Source of the DNA: Octopus vulgaris
Lineage: Eukaryota
NCBI GenBank assembly: GCA_951406725.2
Contig: OX597819.1
Location: 110,422,001 to 110,486,000, forward strand
Length of the DNA: 64,000 bases
Reading direction: 5' to 3'
The notes under the pieces are model-generated. The model had not been told where the DNA came from and made no database searches. It saw only the letters and a list, made by a program, of their open reading frames with translations. A program made the translations under genes and the position numbers. The first letter of the stretch is position 1, and the number at the start of each line of letters is the position of its first letter. Below are positions 39,116-52,326 of the stretch, one piece after another.

Positions 39116-42022
39116 AGGGGGAGGGGGAGAAGAGGGGGAGAGAAGGCGAGGGGAAGAAGAGGGGGAGGAGAAGGGGGAAGAGGAGAGGATGGGGGAGAAG
39201 GAAGGGGAGGAGGGGGATGAAGGAGGAAAGAGGGAGAGAGGGAGTGAGGGAGCAGAGGGAAGGGGAAGAGGGAGGGAGAAAGAGGGAAGAAGGGAAGGGG
39301 AGTAGGGATGAAAGGATGAAGGACTGTAGAAGTAGGGGTCGGGGGGAGAAAGGATAGGTGAGGAGGGGGAGAGGGGGTTAGATGAGGAGGGGGGAGAGTT
39401 GAGACCAAATGGCGTATAAGAGCGAAGAGAGAAGATTAATTCCTGTTCACGGCGCAAACGGGAATCCGGATGGCCTCTGTGTAAGGACAAACCGAACACA
39501 GATAGGTGTTGCAAGGAGTGACCGGTGGAGCGGAAATGGCGTGAGACCGGTGTGTCGTTCGCAAGGTGGATGTCACGAAGGTGTTCCGCGAACCGGTCAG
39601 CCAAGCGGCGTCCCGTTTGTCCGATATACAAGGAATTGCAGAGAGAGCAAGAGATGCAATAGATAATATTGCTGGAGGTGCAGGTGAAGGAGTGGATGAT
39701 GGGATAGGGTCGATGGTGGGTGCTAGTGAGGCGGGTGGTGTTGGAGAGGTAAGGGCAAGTGCGGCAACGTGGGCGGCAGCAGGGGAACGAGCCGGGTTGG
39801 GAGGTAGGGTCAGGGAAGGAGCTATGGACCAAAAGGTCTCGAAGGTTGTGGGCTCGTTTGAAAGAGGGGAGGGGTCGGTTAGGGAAGAGGTGTGAAGTGG
39901 ACGGGTCGGACTGGAGATGACGGAAAGCTCGAAGAATGGTGCGTTGGAGACGTAGGGTCGTGGGGTGATAAGTGAGGGGAAAAGGGAGGCGGGAGACTAC
40001 AGGGTGGGTTCGGGGAGAGAGAGCAGATACACGGTCCACGGACCGTGCTCTGGCAAGGGCGGTGTGGATAGTGGTGAGGGGGTATCCACGTAGGGTGAAG
40101 TGGTGAGCCATACGTTGAGACTGAGTCTCAAAGTCATGGTCGTCACTACAGAGCCTACGTAGACGGAGGAATTGGGAATAGGGGATGGAAAGCTTGGTGT
40201 GTTCTGGGTGGGAGGAAGAGAAGTTGAGGTATGAGTGTGAGTCTGTGTGTTTGTAGTGAATGGAGGTGGTAAGAGTGGAGTGAAGAATGCTAACCGAAAT
40301 GTCGAGGAAGGAGACAGAGGTGTTGGAGATAGTGGAAGTGAAGTGGAGGGCTGGATGGAAAGATTGGACGAAAGAGAGGAAGGAATCTAGATGTTCGCGG
40401 GAGAGTGAGGTGGCACCGATAATGTCGTCAATATAACGACCATATAGTTCAGGAGTGGGACCAGTGAAATTAGAGAATATTTGGGCCTCAACATAGCCAA
40501 CGAACAGGTTCGCATAGTTGGGGCCCATTCGCGTTCCCATGGCCACTCCCGAGACCTGATGGTAGAACTCGCCCGCGAACGAGAAGCAGTTCAGAGTAAG
40601 GACAAGTTCGGCCAGACGAATGAGTGTGGAGGTGTCAGGTACAGGGTTAGAGCGGAGGTCAAGAAAGTGTCGAAGGGCCTGCAGTCCTTCGTGGTGAGGG
40701 ATAACAGTATAGAGGCTTTGGATGTCCATAGTAAAAAGGATTTTGGAGGAGCCGGGAGGAAAGGAGAAAGAGTTGAAAAGCCGGAGAGCATGGTTGGTAT
40801 CGTGGATGTGGGAGGGAAGAGATGCCACTAGGGGGGCAAGGACACGGTCGAGGTATTTAGAGATGAGCTCCGTGGGGCAGTTACAGGCGGAGACGATGGG
40901 GCGGCCAGGGTTGTTGGGTTTGTGGATTTTGGGGAGGAAGTAAATGGTGGGGGTACGTGGGGTTCGCACAATTAGGTTGGATGCGGTGCGGGGGAGACGG
41001 GAGGACGAGATGAGGTCTTGGACAGTAGAGGATACCGTCTGTTGGTAGCTACGTGTGGGGTTAGAGGGCAGAGGGGAATAGAAGGAGGTGTCATTGAGTT
41101 GGCGGAAAGCCTCGGCCCTATAGAGGTCCGCGCGCCACACCACTACAGCTCCACCCTTGTCAGCCGGTTTGATGATAATGTCAGCGCGCCGTTGGAGGGA
41201 ACGAAGAGCCAAGAGCTCAGCCGGGGAGATGTTGAGGCGGCGTTGGCGCCTGGAGAAGTTGAACCGCTCCAATGCACGCTGACAAGCGCCCGCGAAAAGA
41301 TCCACTGCTAGGATCTGGCCAGGAGCAGGCGTCCACGGGGATGGTCGGCGGCCCAGGCCAGTGAAGCAGTCGTCCTCTTCGTTGGGTGTGGGTGGCGAGT
41401 CGTGGTAATGCGCACCCAACCGGACACGGCGCACAAAGCTGTGGACATCAACTCGCGTCTGGAATTCCTTACAGGATGGAGTGAGGGGGATGAAACGCAG
41501 ACCCCTACCAAGGACGGAGCGTTCAGCCGCAGAGAGGGGAAGATCGGGGGGAATGGTAACAACAGACGGAAGTGGAGAAGGGGTGGGTGGAATAGAAGTA
41601 GGAGGGGTGGTAGGTCTCGTGGAGGTCTGAGGGGGAGGGATTGGGGAGGTGTGTGGGGGGTGGTTGGGCGGGGCAGTAGGGTTAGGTGTAGGTGGATGGA
41701 GCCTAACGGGAGGGGAGAAGGGGTTGTAGGGAGGGGCAGTGGGGTTAGGTGTGGGTGGATGGAGCCTATCGGGAGGGGAGAAGGGTGGTGGAGGAGTTGG
41801 GGTAGTGGCGTCGGGTAGGGTGGAATGGAAGAGTGATTGGAGTTTACGAAGTTTGGTATCAGAAAGAAATTGATGGAAGAGTTGATTCAAATGGATAATG
41901 AAGCGTAGCGTGTTTGGAGCATAGAGAGGCGGCAGAGAGGAGAAGAAGGTGGAGAAAGCAGGAGGAAGAAGGCGGTTGATGGCATGTAGTTTGGAGAGAT
42001 TGGAGCGAATGGTGGCCCGCAT
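39056..42022 (-). CDS. Penelope-type reverse transcriptase with GIY-YIG endonuclease; true start probably 42285 (one frameshift)
   Basis: IKPADKG, PKIHK..GRPIVS, GVAMG..PNYANLF, RYIDD, SYLNFSSSHP, Cys linker CCRPRCRTC, IIYCISCSLC..YIGQTGRRL..RFAEH, GLN. Confidence 0.95.
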   Translation of the reverse strand: MRATIRSNLSKLHAINRLLPPAFSTFFSSLPPLYAPNTLRFIIHLNQLFHQFLSDTKLRKLQSLFHSTLPDATTPTPPPPFSPPDRLHPPTPNPTAPPYNPFSPPVRLHPPTPNPTAPPNHPPHTSPIPPPQTSTRPTTPPTSIPPTPSPLPSVVTIPPDLPLSAAERSVLGRGLRFIPLTPSCKEFQTRVDVHSFVRRVRLGAHYHDSPPTPNEEDDCFTGLGRRPSPWTPAPGQILAVDLFAGACQRALERFNFSRRQRRLNISPAELLALRSLQRRADIIIKPADKGGAVVVWRADLYRAEAFRQLNDTSFYSPLPSNPTRSYQQTVSSTVQDLISSSRLPRTASNLIVRTPRTPTIYFLPKIHKPNNPGRPIVSACNCPTELISKYLDRVLAPLVASLPSHIHDTNHALRLFNSFSFPPGSSKILFTMDIQSLYTVIPHHEGLQALRHFLDLRSNPVPDTSTLIRLAELVLTLNCFSFAGEFYHQVSGVAMGTRMGPNYANLFVGYVEAQIFSNFTGPTPELYGRYIDDIIGATSLSREHLDSFLSFVQSFHPALHFTSTISNTSVSFLDISVSILHSTLTTSIHYKHTDSHSYLNFSSSHPEHTKLSIPYSQFLRLRRLCSDDHDFETQSQRMAHHFTLRGYPLTTIHTALARARSVDRVSALSPRTHPVVSRLPFPLTYHPTTLRLQRTILRAFRHLQSDPSTSHLFPNRPLPSFKRAHNLRDLLVHSSFPDPTSQPGSFPCCRPRCRTCPYLSNTTRLTSTHHRPYPIIHSFTCTSSNIIYCISCSLCNSLYIGQTGRRLADRFAEHLRDIHLANDTPVSRHFRSTGHSLQHLSVFGLSLHRGHPDSRLRREQELIFSLRSYTPFGLNSPPSSSNPLSPSSPILSPPDPYFYSPSSFHPYSPSLLPSFSLPLPLPSAPSLPLSLFPPSSPSSPSFSPILSSSPFSSPSSSPRLLSPSSPPPPLLLTTPHDFTHHITYDVPY

Positions 42023-42887
42023 AAGGCGGTAAGATGTGGTGCGGAGTATGGGTAAGATGGAAGAATCCGAGTGGAGAGCAGGGTGGAAGTGGAGGCGGAA
42101 ACCTTTAGGGATGAGTCGGTGATGTAGGCAGCGGCTTAGGAAAGAGACATGGCTAGAGAAGCGGGTTTTTTAAAAAGAAGTAGAGAGAGATTAACGGACG
42201 GCTGAAGGCAATATACAGGAAGCGAACGTAGATGATCCTTCAAACGGTGATGGAGGGTGAGGAGGTAGGACCTAGGATCCGGCATGATGGGATAGCGGAA
42301 AAAAAACGTTCGAAAAAAACAAAAAATTATCGTATGAAAAAAATAGAAAAAAAGGGGATAGCGAAAAAAGGGGAAAAAACAAACGTTCAAAAAAACAAAA
42401 AAATAATAATCGTAAGAAAAAACTAGATAAGTAAGCGATAGGGGCAGAAAAGACGGGGCAAACGGAAAAGGGAAAGAAAGAAGGGAAGCAGAGAGAGGGG
42501 GAGGCAAAAAAAGGGGGGTGCAGGCAGAGGAAACGGAGTATGGACATCCAGAGAGGGAAGAAAGACGGAAAGGAGAACAAAAATTCAGGAAAATGTGGAA
42601 AGCATGAAATGAATGTAAAAAAAGTGGTAATATAAGAGAAAATAAAAATACAACAAACGGGACAGTTTATGCGAACAAGTTCAAGGTTGAAAGTTCAAGG
42701 TGAGAAATGTGTAGACGTCGTGGTATATTTTTTAAGGATTTCACATCAATGCAAAGTCACTTTGATCCGCGAAAGAGAGGTGCAGCCAATGGTAAGTATC
42801 CAAGAGGTAAAGAAAATCCAAGGTAAGTAAGTGTTGATAGTGGTATTGGTAGAATATAGGATGAAAGTGAGACCACGTGAGCGCATA

Positions 42888-43590
42888 ATATATAACGGGA
42901 AGCTTTATGAAAATAAACAAAAGACGAAGGCAGGTGGAAAACAAACGAACAATTGTATTAGTATGGCGCTCAGGAAATATAAATAAAACAAGTCTTTAAC
43001 GTTTCGAGCCTACGCTCTTCAACAGAAAGATACACAGAGAGAGAAAAACACAGAAAGAAGGAGAGAAAAAAAATGCGTGCAGTAGCTAACGAATGAACAT
43101 GGCGATCTGATTTCGGCCAGAGGTCAAAGATCAAACATGAGACGCGAGAGCGAAATAAGGGGAGATAATAGGGTTGATAAAAGGGTTGAGGGACCAGCTA
43201 AAAGTGCGTGGGAGGGGTCTGGATGTGTGTATGTATAGGGTTGGTGTATGTATTAGTATGTATAAGGGTGTGTGTGTGTGTGTGTGTGTATGAGAGAGTA
43301 TTAGTGCGTAAGATTGGTCTGGACGTGCGTATGTATGGGGTTGGTGTATGTATTAGTATGTATTAGTATGTATTAGTACGTATTGGTATGTATAGGTGTG
43401 TGTGTGTGTGTGTGAGAGAGTATAAGTGCGTATGCGGGGTCTGGACGTGTGTATGTATAGGGTTGGTGTAAGTATTAGTATGTACTGGTATGTATTAGTA
43501 CGTATTAGTATGTATTAGTTGGTGTGTGTATTAGTATGGCACATCATATGTGATGTGATGTGTAAAGTCATGTGGTGTAGTGAGGAGAAG
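42888..43590 (-). repeat. 5' pseudo-LTR
   Basis: Direct repeat of 38413-39115. Confidence 0.95.
42993..43030 (-). ncRNA. Variant minimal hammerhead in 5' pseudo-LTR
   Basis: Identical to 38518-38555. Confidence 0.7.
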
Positions 43591-43592
43591 TG

Positions 43593-43668
<76 letters not shown>

Positions 43669-43761
43669 TAGCTTGCTTAGCAACCACATGGTTCCGGGTT
43701 CAAAGCCTTGTGAGTGGATTTGGTAGACGGAAAGTAAAAGAAGCCCGTCGTATATACATCC

Positions 43762-43797
<36 letters not shown>

Positions 43798-44611
43798 TGT
43801 ATGTATGTATGTATGTATGTATGTATGTATGTATATATTAAAAGAGGACGCTGGAAAAGTGAGAAAATGAAATAAAAAATCAGAAGAAAGACAGTAGGAG
43901 AGTTGATGCAAAAAGGATAGAATGAGAAGAAACGAATGCAAGAAAACAAACAATGCAGTCCTCCCTGATTGCAGAAACCAAAATTAGTTAAGGAAAAAGA
44001 TCTTAGTTTTCTTGCTTTCATCTCGTTTCGTTCTATTTTTGCATCGACCTTCTTCGCGCTTTTTTCACGTTAGAATTAATTGTTCACAGTTGTCCTCTTG
44101 TTTCTAGAAAAAAGTTACTCTCTTCTTTATTGGCATAACAAATGCAAGAGAATTCCTGATTTCTGTGGGTTATTTTTCATCCGCATTCCGAAACGGCTGT
44201 AATTACTGCTACGTGTTCCTTACCCATCTCTCGAAACATATATTTTCACTAGATAGAGAATTTATCTTGTATAGTGTATTGTACTTTTCTTTTTCCTAGT
44301 ATGTATGTATATATGTATGTATGTACGTAAATAAACAGACACACACACACATGCACGCATGCGCACACACACATATACACATCAATATACGAGTGAGTGG
44401 ACCAACGAAAGAAGGGTCTCAAAACATTTACTGGGAATTACATGTATGGCTCAAAATGGGTGGATTCAAATTCCTAGGTACTTAAAGTTTCAAAACGCGT
44501 TGCTTATCCTCAGGCATTCAAATTTCCAGTGGCCGAGGATAAACATTACGCTTTGAAACTGTAAGTACTAAGGAATTTGAATCAAACTGCTTTGATCCAT
44601 ACTTGTATATG

Positions 44612-44691
<80 letters not shown>

Positions 44692-45105
44692 GAATTTATG
44701 TAAATGTGTGTAGAATAATATATCGGTTGAATAAAGTTACATCATGGTCTGGTTTACACGTTATTTGTTATTGTATTTGAAAGAATTTTTTTTTACAATG
44801 TTGAGCTATGTTAGACATTAAAAAAACAATTTAGTAATGTTCATAAAGTTCAATTAGCGCTTTCATACGTTCGTAGTAATCATCAGATTTCAATGTGTAT
44901 TGACTGACAGTTGAGCTGAGTTCTTGACAAGTATAGTAAAATGACTGACATTTTCCTTTTTATAGTTTTTATACATACATACATACATACATACATACAT
45001 ACATACATACATACATACATACATACATACATACATACATACATACATACATACATACATACATACATACATACATACATACATACATACATTCATGCAT
45101 GCATG

Positions 45106-45137
<32 letters not shown>

Positions 45138-45139
45138 CA

Positions 45140-45450
45140 TGAGGCACATAGCCTAGTGGTTAGAGCAGCGGACTCGCGGTCGAGGGATCGCGGGGTCGAA
45201 TCTCAGACCGGGCAATGTGTGTGTTTATGAGCGAAACACCTAAGCTTCTCGTGGCTCCGGCAGAAGGTAATAGCGAACTTCTGCTGACTCTTTTGCTACA
45301 ATTTTCTCTCGCCCTTTCCTCCCGCATCTTGTAGCTCACCTGCGACGAGCCGGCATCCCGTCCAGGTGTGTAACCTATACGCCAAGGAAGCCGGGTAACC
45401 GGCCCTATGAGCCAGGCGTGGATCGAGAAGGAACAAACGACAACAACAAC
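45140..45450 (+). mobile_element. SINE family C, tail type 1
   Basis: Homologous to 19137-19445. Confidence 0.8.
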
Positions 45451-48040
45451 ATATACATATACATGGGCGCAGGCGTGGCTGAGTGATAAGAAGTTTGCTT
45501 CCAAATCGTGAGGTTTCGGGTTCAGTCCCACTACATGGCACCATGGCAAGTGTCTTCTGTTATAGCCTCGGGCCAACCAAAGCCTTGTGAGTGGATTTTG
45601 TAGACGGAAACTTATCCCACAACCATAGCACACATGGAATCACGCACGTACACACACACATAGACACACATACGCATACACACATAGACACACACATACA
45701 CACTCTCGCTATACACATACACGGAGACTCACAAAAACACACACACATTGTGTGCGCACAAAACATGCATATTCCTCCGTACCTGTGATAGCTAGATTGA
45801 TACAACACGCTTGTAAAAATACTCGTTAATCTACGTCCACCCCAACCACCTGAGCCCGACAACGTTTCGGCACAACCTCACACTCCACCCCACCCCCAAC
45901 GCATCACCCCCTCCCACACACACATCACCCCATCCAACCCCAACCACCCCATCCAACCCCACATCACACTACAGCATACAACACTCCTGAACGCCACTTG
46001 AAACCACGCGACCCGACATCGCGCCACCATACAGAGCTGACGGGACGTCACGTATGAGTTCAGCTACACCTATATTCACGTTCGACGGCCGCTAGGGGTG
46101 GGATGGAGATGAGAAGCGGGTACCGACCTTGTACCCTGGTGTACAATAGCATGTCGTAGTGATGGGCGTGGGCAGCGATGTTAACAGGTAAGTACTTCTC
46201 CATTTTTAGATTGTTGCTTTTTTTGTTCGTTTCTCATCGTTTCTTATCTTCTGTTGTTATTGCTGTTGTTGTTGTTGAAGGTGTTACTTTGTAGGTTCTT
46301 GTTGTTGTTGTTGTTGTTGTTTTTCTTGTTCTTGTTATTTGCAGTTAGTGCCCCGTGACCAGACAATGCTACTCACCTTCACTGATTTTGTATTGAGAAT
46401 ATCAAAACACGACATGGAGAAGAAGAAGAAGAAGAAGAAGAAGAAGAAGAAGAAGAAGAAGAAGAAGAAGAAGAAGAAGAAGAAGAAGAAGAAGAAGAAG
46501 AAGAAGAAAGTGAGAAAAGAGGTGGGCATTATTTAGGGACACATGTAAAAACCCCAGGTATCGTGTTTGTTTGCTGTGATACAAGAGGCACACGGTTTTA
46601 TACATCGCCCCTTAACTGATTTATGAGTTTATAGGCAGGCAAGCACGCATGCATAAAACCAACACACACACACACACACACACACACACTCAGATATTTA
46701 CCCACCCTCCTGCATATACGTACTTGATATGATGGCACGCACCGGAGCACGTATAATCGGGAATTTAATGGCACACGTATAACAGATACATATTACAGAA
46801 ACATCTACACACGTATGTAGTGTAGGTCTCACACTTTCTCTGTTCACACACACACATACACACACACACACACAGATACATACGCATACACATATACATA
46901 CACACACACACAAACACAACACACTCATACATACATACATACGCATACACGCATACTCACACACTCACGTATACGCATACACACCCACAAACACGCACAC
47001 GCACACTCACACACTCACACATATGCATACACACATACATACATACTCACACATACACACATACGCATACACACACACACAAACACACTCACACTCACAC
47101 ATACACACATACGCATACACACACAAACACACACACACACATTCACACATACATATAGGTGCATAGGGATATAACTGTTCCTTGTTTCAGCCAGAGGGCG
47201 AGGCCATGCTGTAGCACCACCATTACCGATACATATGCATATGTATATATGTATGTATGTATACACGTATGTATGGATGTTCCTGGTCCAGTCTCACAGC
47301 GTGACACCCTGGGCAAGTGTTTTCCACTGACCGACCAAAGCCTTGTGAGTGGATTTGGTCGTAGGAAACTGAAAGAAACCCGGTATGTGTATTTGTGTGT
47401 ATGCGTGTGTGCGTGTGTGTGCGTGCGTGTGTGTCTGGCTATGAACGTTCTTGTGGCTTTGCCTCTCATTTCGAATTGTATCTCCGGCACGTTAACTTGG
47501 GATTCCTTAACGACAATGTAAAGTTCATGAAATTAAGTTATCTTCGGCTGATGAGTAGCTAGCTGAATATTCCTCGTTGCGTAATTTTTACATCAAAGGA
47601 TATGCTTGCTAAGAAACATATGTAGTCAGAATTTTACCCACTGCACTACCTCAATTTGGATATATGTGTGTGTATGCGTGTACACACACACACACACACA
47701 CACACACTGCATTTATCAGGATGAATTTATCTTCGTCCTATAACAGGAATTACTTCTGTAAATTTCTAACGATTTTTCGTCATACTTTTTTTACGATTTT
47801 CTTTTCCAAGAAACGCATAAGTATGAAAGTATATAAAGAAATAATCAAAATTAGGCTTATTTTATTAAACCAAAGTTTAATAAATTTCATCAAATAAAAT
47901 AAAGGAATCAGATTGGATATAAAGTTGGATTAAGCTTTTATTTCAGATTTCATATTGTTATACGGTTGTTTCGGACAAAAGGTCTAATATTTCCATAAAT
48001 AGAACATCATAAAGGCCGAATTTATATATATATATATATA

Positions 48041-48245
48041 CAGTTAATCCAAACATGAAGACACAGAGAGAAAACACAACAACGCGAGGACGTGGAACAA
48101 GTATAGTGTTATTGGACGCTCAAGAAGGAAAGAAAGAAGGAGGATTTAACGTTTCGCGCGGAGCTCTTCGTCAGAAACATAGAAAAGGGAATGATCCAAG
48201 GAAGGGAAGACGGAGGAAAAAAAATCGCCAACGATTCACACGCGG

Positions 48246-48248
<3 letters not shown>
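48041..48248 (-). mobile_element. Solo pseudo-LTR remnant with minimal HHR at 48144-48178
   Basis: TTT-CTGACGA-A-GAGC tcc GCGC-GAAA-CG-TT-AAA; (TA)n at 3' end; related tip at ~49913-49998. Confidence 0.7.
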
Positions 48249-48314
<66 letters not shown>

Positions 48315-49657
48315 CACGCACACACATATATATATAAGGGTAAATACAAGTTCATATATGTTTGAGAAATATTTGAATCTGTAAAGGAGTTTCAATGCAA
48401 TTTGTCACGCAGGTAAAATACATACTTAAGACAAAAAGGTATTAAAAGACTATAGTCAGGCCACAGCGCTCTCTATTTGAGTGATGGATGCATTTTAATT
48501 TCGTTAGTTCTCTTCAGCAGCAGATACTAAGAAAGGTAACTTTGAGCTGATTTAGTGAAGGCTGTCCGATAAATACGAATACACAACGTTGGCGTCCCGC
48601 CATGAATTCCAAAACTGCACATTGCAGATTAGGACAAGTACGAAGTGAGCCTATCATATATGTGAAGACACAGAGTAAGCGCTCAAAACAGTGGAGAGGA
48701 GAGAGCAGTCAATCGAATCAACTATATTTATATACAGGAGCAGATGAACAAAAGAAAACGGCACTCAATGCATTTAGTTGGAATTGCTAATGTTTGATTG
48801 CTGATTGATTCAGGTACATAATACCTGGAATTTCGTAAGCACAGAACGTGCTCACATCCTTAGATATCAGAGTCTGTGCGTCTGAGGAATAATGACATAC
48901 ACATACATACATACATACATACATACATACATACATACATACATACATGCATTCGCACATACGTGCATTCGGACATACATGCATTCGGACATACAAACAC
49001 ATGCTCACGAATAGGAACGCCGTGGTTGGTAAGAATTATTAACACAGCAATACGGATAGATACAGTGTGTGTGTATATATGTGTGTGTGTGAGAGAAAGA
49101 GAGAGAGAAAAAAAAGAGAGAGGGGTAGAGGGAGAGAGATTGAGAAAGAATAAGAAAGTGTGTGAGAGAGAAAGAATTGAAATAAGAGTGAGAGGAAAAA
49201 CTGAGGGAGAGAGAAACAGAGAGACAAATCCCAAACTTAGACGCCTCAGAAGATAAAGCATAGGGTACGAAAAATGGGATTTATGGGGCAGGTGTATGAA
49301 TGAGATGGATGACATTTGTATGTACATGTGTGTGTGTTTATGAATGTGTTTATGTGTTTATGTGTTGAGAGTTATTTCTGCTCTGTGTGTGTGTGTGCGT
49401 GTATGTGTGTGTGCGTGTATGTGTGTGTGTTTCTGGGAACGGGGTATGTTCTTTTTTTTTATCTCGTACTTTTGGTTTTTCCAGGTGTATACTTGAGGTT
49501 TGTAGGTCACCATGTGAAAACAAGGCTTCGTTGTTGTTAAGGGTTTTAGTTATAAGCACTATGCGAATGTTGTATATATATATACATACATACACACACA
49601 TATGTATGCGTGTCTGAATATGAATGTATGTACACGCGTATATATGTGTACAAATAT

Positions 49658-49755
<98 letters not shown>

Positions 49756-49836
49756 TTTTTTATTTTATCTAGTTTCAGCTCACGAGCTGTGGCCATGCTG
49801 GGGCACCGCCATTTGCATTGTATTTGCACCGCCATT

Positions 49837-49901
<65 letters not shown>

Positions 49902-51269
49902 ATATATATAATTTTAATCCAAACGGGAAAACAGAAAAAACAACAACACGTGGAATAATTACAGTATTATTATTAATAGGCGCTCAGGAAAGATGGAAGC
50001 AGATATATATACATACATATATATGTATTTATAAAAGTATATTTGGATATATAAATAAGTAAATATGCATATATTCTTCTATCCTTTTTTATTGTTTCAG
50101 TCATTTGACTGCAGCCATGCTGGAGCACCACGTATATATATAATAGTATATATTATAAATATATAATAGATACGTGTGTGTGTATGTGTGTGCGTGTGTG
50201 TGTGCACGAGCTTTGCTTAGCATGCTACATGTGTTTTCGCCGAATCTAGCTTGACTATGCGTATATATAAGTATGCATAAATATACATATATTAGTTTAC
50301 TTACGCACACATACACGCACACATAAAAACATAAATATGTATTTTTATATATATGTATATATGTATACATATATATATACACACACACGTGTGTGCTTGC
50401 ATATATAGCTGGGTAAATATATATATATTTGCGTGTGCATGTGTATGTGTGTGTGTAGTGTGGAGGTGCAAATATATGTAGTGTTAACAGAGACCAGCCT
50501 GTCTTTGAAATATATTATATTAAAGATACGACTATGTTCAAGTTAGATTTTCCTTCCATGAAAACTTTTGCTTTTTCTGTATTACTCATCTATGCGTGCA
50601 TCAGAACAATTACGTTGCTTGATCCCTTAACGCTCATTAACAATCAGCAATTTGTCCCATTATCAGAATAAAGAATGATAAAGAGACAGCAACAATCAAG
50701 GATATATAATTACTTTGTTCTGTCTTTCATATATTTTTCTACGCTACATTAGGTTCCTCATAATATTTACCTCTTTTAACATTATTACCGCCATTTGAAT
50801 TGGACGGTAAAGTCAACATATTTCTCGTAGAATCTGCATCGTGAAACAACTTTACCTTTATATTTCTCACACTTTCTGATAGCTTCCTTTCTTTTACGTG
50901 CTTTCTTAACTTTAAAATCCAAATTCTTTATATATTCTGCTTAAACTTCTATGCTCTTCCTCAAAAATTCCAGATTGCCATAAAAAATTCTAGAGAACTT
51001 GAAATTAATAAAAAAAGAAGTTCTTTTAAGCATAAAATCTTAATTGGAAAGTAATATACTACACCCGCACCATCTCTCTCTTTCATTCCCCCCTCCCTCT
51101 CTCTCTCTCTCTTTATATATATATATATTACTTGTTTCAGGCATTTGACTGCAGCCATGCTGGAGCAATGTCTTAAAGGGTTTTAGTCGATGAAATCGAT
51201 CCCAGCACTTATTCAAATGACTGAAACAAGTAAAAGAGAAAAGAATAAGAGATTTATTTGTTCGACTGC

Positions 51270-52326
51270 ATGATGATCGTTTTTCATGATATCCACGGTA
51301 TTGTGCATTCGTCCCCCAGGTCCAGAGAATTCGTCTCCGAGGGCCAGACCGTTAACCAAGAGTTCTACTGCAACGTTTTAAAGCGTTTGAGGGAGGCCAT
51401 TCGACGAAAGTGATCGGATCTGTGGAACGCGAAGTATTGGATTCTTTACCGAGCTCTCCTCACTGGTAAGCCTCTCGCAAAAAAAACATGTTATCGCTTT
51501 TGTACACACCCTGTTCATCAGATTTAGCCCCTGCTGACTTCCATGTCTTCCTCAGGATGAAAATGCAGCTAAAGGTCGCTGTTTTAACATCATTGTCAAG
51601 ATCCAGAGAAAATCGCAGATGGTCTTCAACATGTTTACGGAAAACGACTTCCAGGCTGAATTCCAAAAGTGACCGGAACGCTGGGGACCGGTGTATTACA
51701 AGGCGAGGTGACTACCGTAAATCCTCGAGTATAATCCGCCCTTGATATAATACACAAGAGATTTTTAGGGGTCTCTACATCTGAAAAAACTAAACCTTGT
51801 GTATAATACGCACCCCTTCTTTAACTTGAGTCGTGCGTAATTAAGCCAGCAGCACCTAGTCGAACAAACACTTCCGCGCATGGGTAATACAATAATGGTG
51901 ATGTTCTTAACTGTTATATGGGAATGTAAATATGTTTGCAAATTGTTTTTGTTACATGTTATTCTGTGTTCTGAATACTTTTATTTTAATACATGTTGCT
52001 TACTGCAAGTTATGGATGATTCTTTTATGACTTCATTGCTTTCACGCTTAGCTTCAGGTATTTTCGCGCCCGAAATCACAAAATGCGTCTGACTAAATAT
52101 TGCCGGACAGCAAATAGAGACTCGGATATTACTTAGAAAATATTTTTCATTTTCAACCTCGTATATAGTACGCACTAGGGATTTTGACCTTTAAATTTTT
52201 GGGGAAAAATGCGGATTATACTCGAGGATTTACGGTATTTCGAGGGAGATGATGTTCAAACTTAGGAAATGATGTTATTTTGTTTTTTAAAAAAACTAGT
52301 CCGGGAACTTTTTGATACCTACTCGT
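51270..52326 (+). pseudogene. Decayed mariner (3' half) carrying a nested MITE
   Basis: GQTVNQEFY..LKRLREAIRRK, PCSSDLAPADFHVF; removing the MITE restores GDYFEGD. Confidence 0.8.
51715..52235. mobile_element. MITE with perfect 25-bp TIRs and TA TSD (Tc1/mariner superfamily, CCGTA ends)
   Basis: TA|CCGTAAATCCTCGAGTATAATCCGC ... GCGGATTATACTCGAGGATTTACGG|TA. Confidence 0.92.

Larger units (their letters stand above)
38413..43590 (-). mobile_element. Penelope-like retroelement, Neptune type: 4475-bp unit plus 703-bp partial tandem copy
   Basis: RT + GIY-YIG ORF; direct repeats 38413-39115 and 42888-43590 with 2 differences seen; microsatellite flanks, no TSD. Confidence 0.95.

Noticed and set aside
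39105-41818. Plus-strand ORFs overlapping the Penelope ORF
   Set aside because: Antisense shadows of a C-rich coding strand
42160-42180. Programmed -1 frameshift at TTTTTAAAAAACCC
   Set aside because: In the upstream frame the codons are TTT AAA AAA CCC, which is not a correctly phased X XXY YYZ site; an indel is simpler
45855-45885. Minus-strand ..TGAGG ttgtg CCGAAACGTT as a hammerhead
   Set aside because: 5' core is not CTGANGA-like and no stem I was found
46185-46345. CAG|GTAAGT donor and TTTGCAG acceptor
   Set aside because: No coherent flanking reading frame; not supportable without transcripts
47945-48022. Minus-strand CCGAAACAACCGTA as a hammerhead
   Set aside because: Only the 3' half is present; at most a truncated remnant
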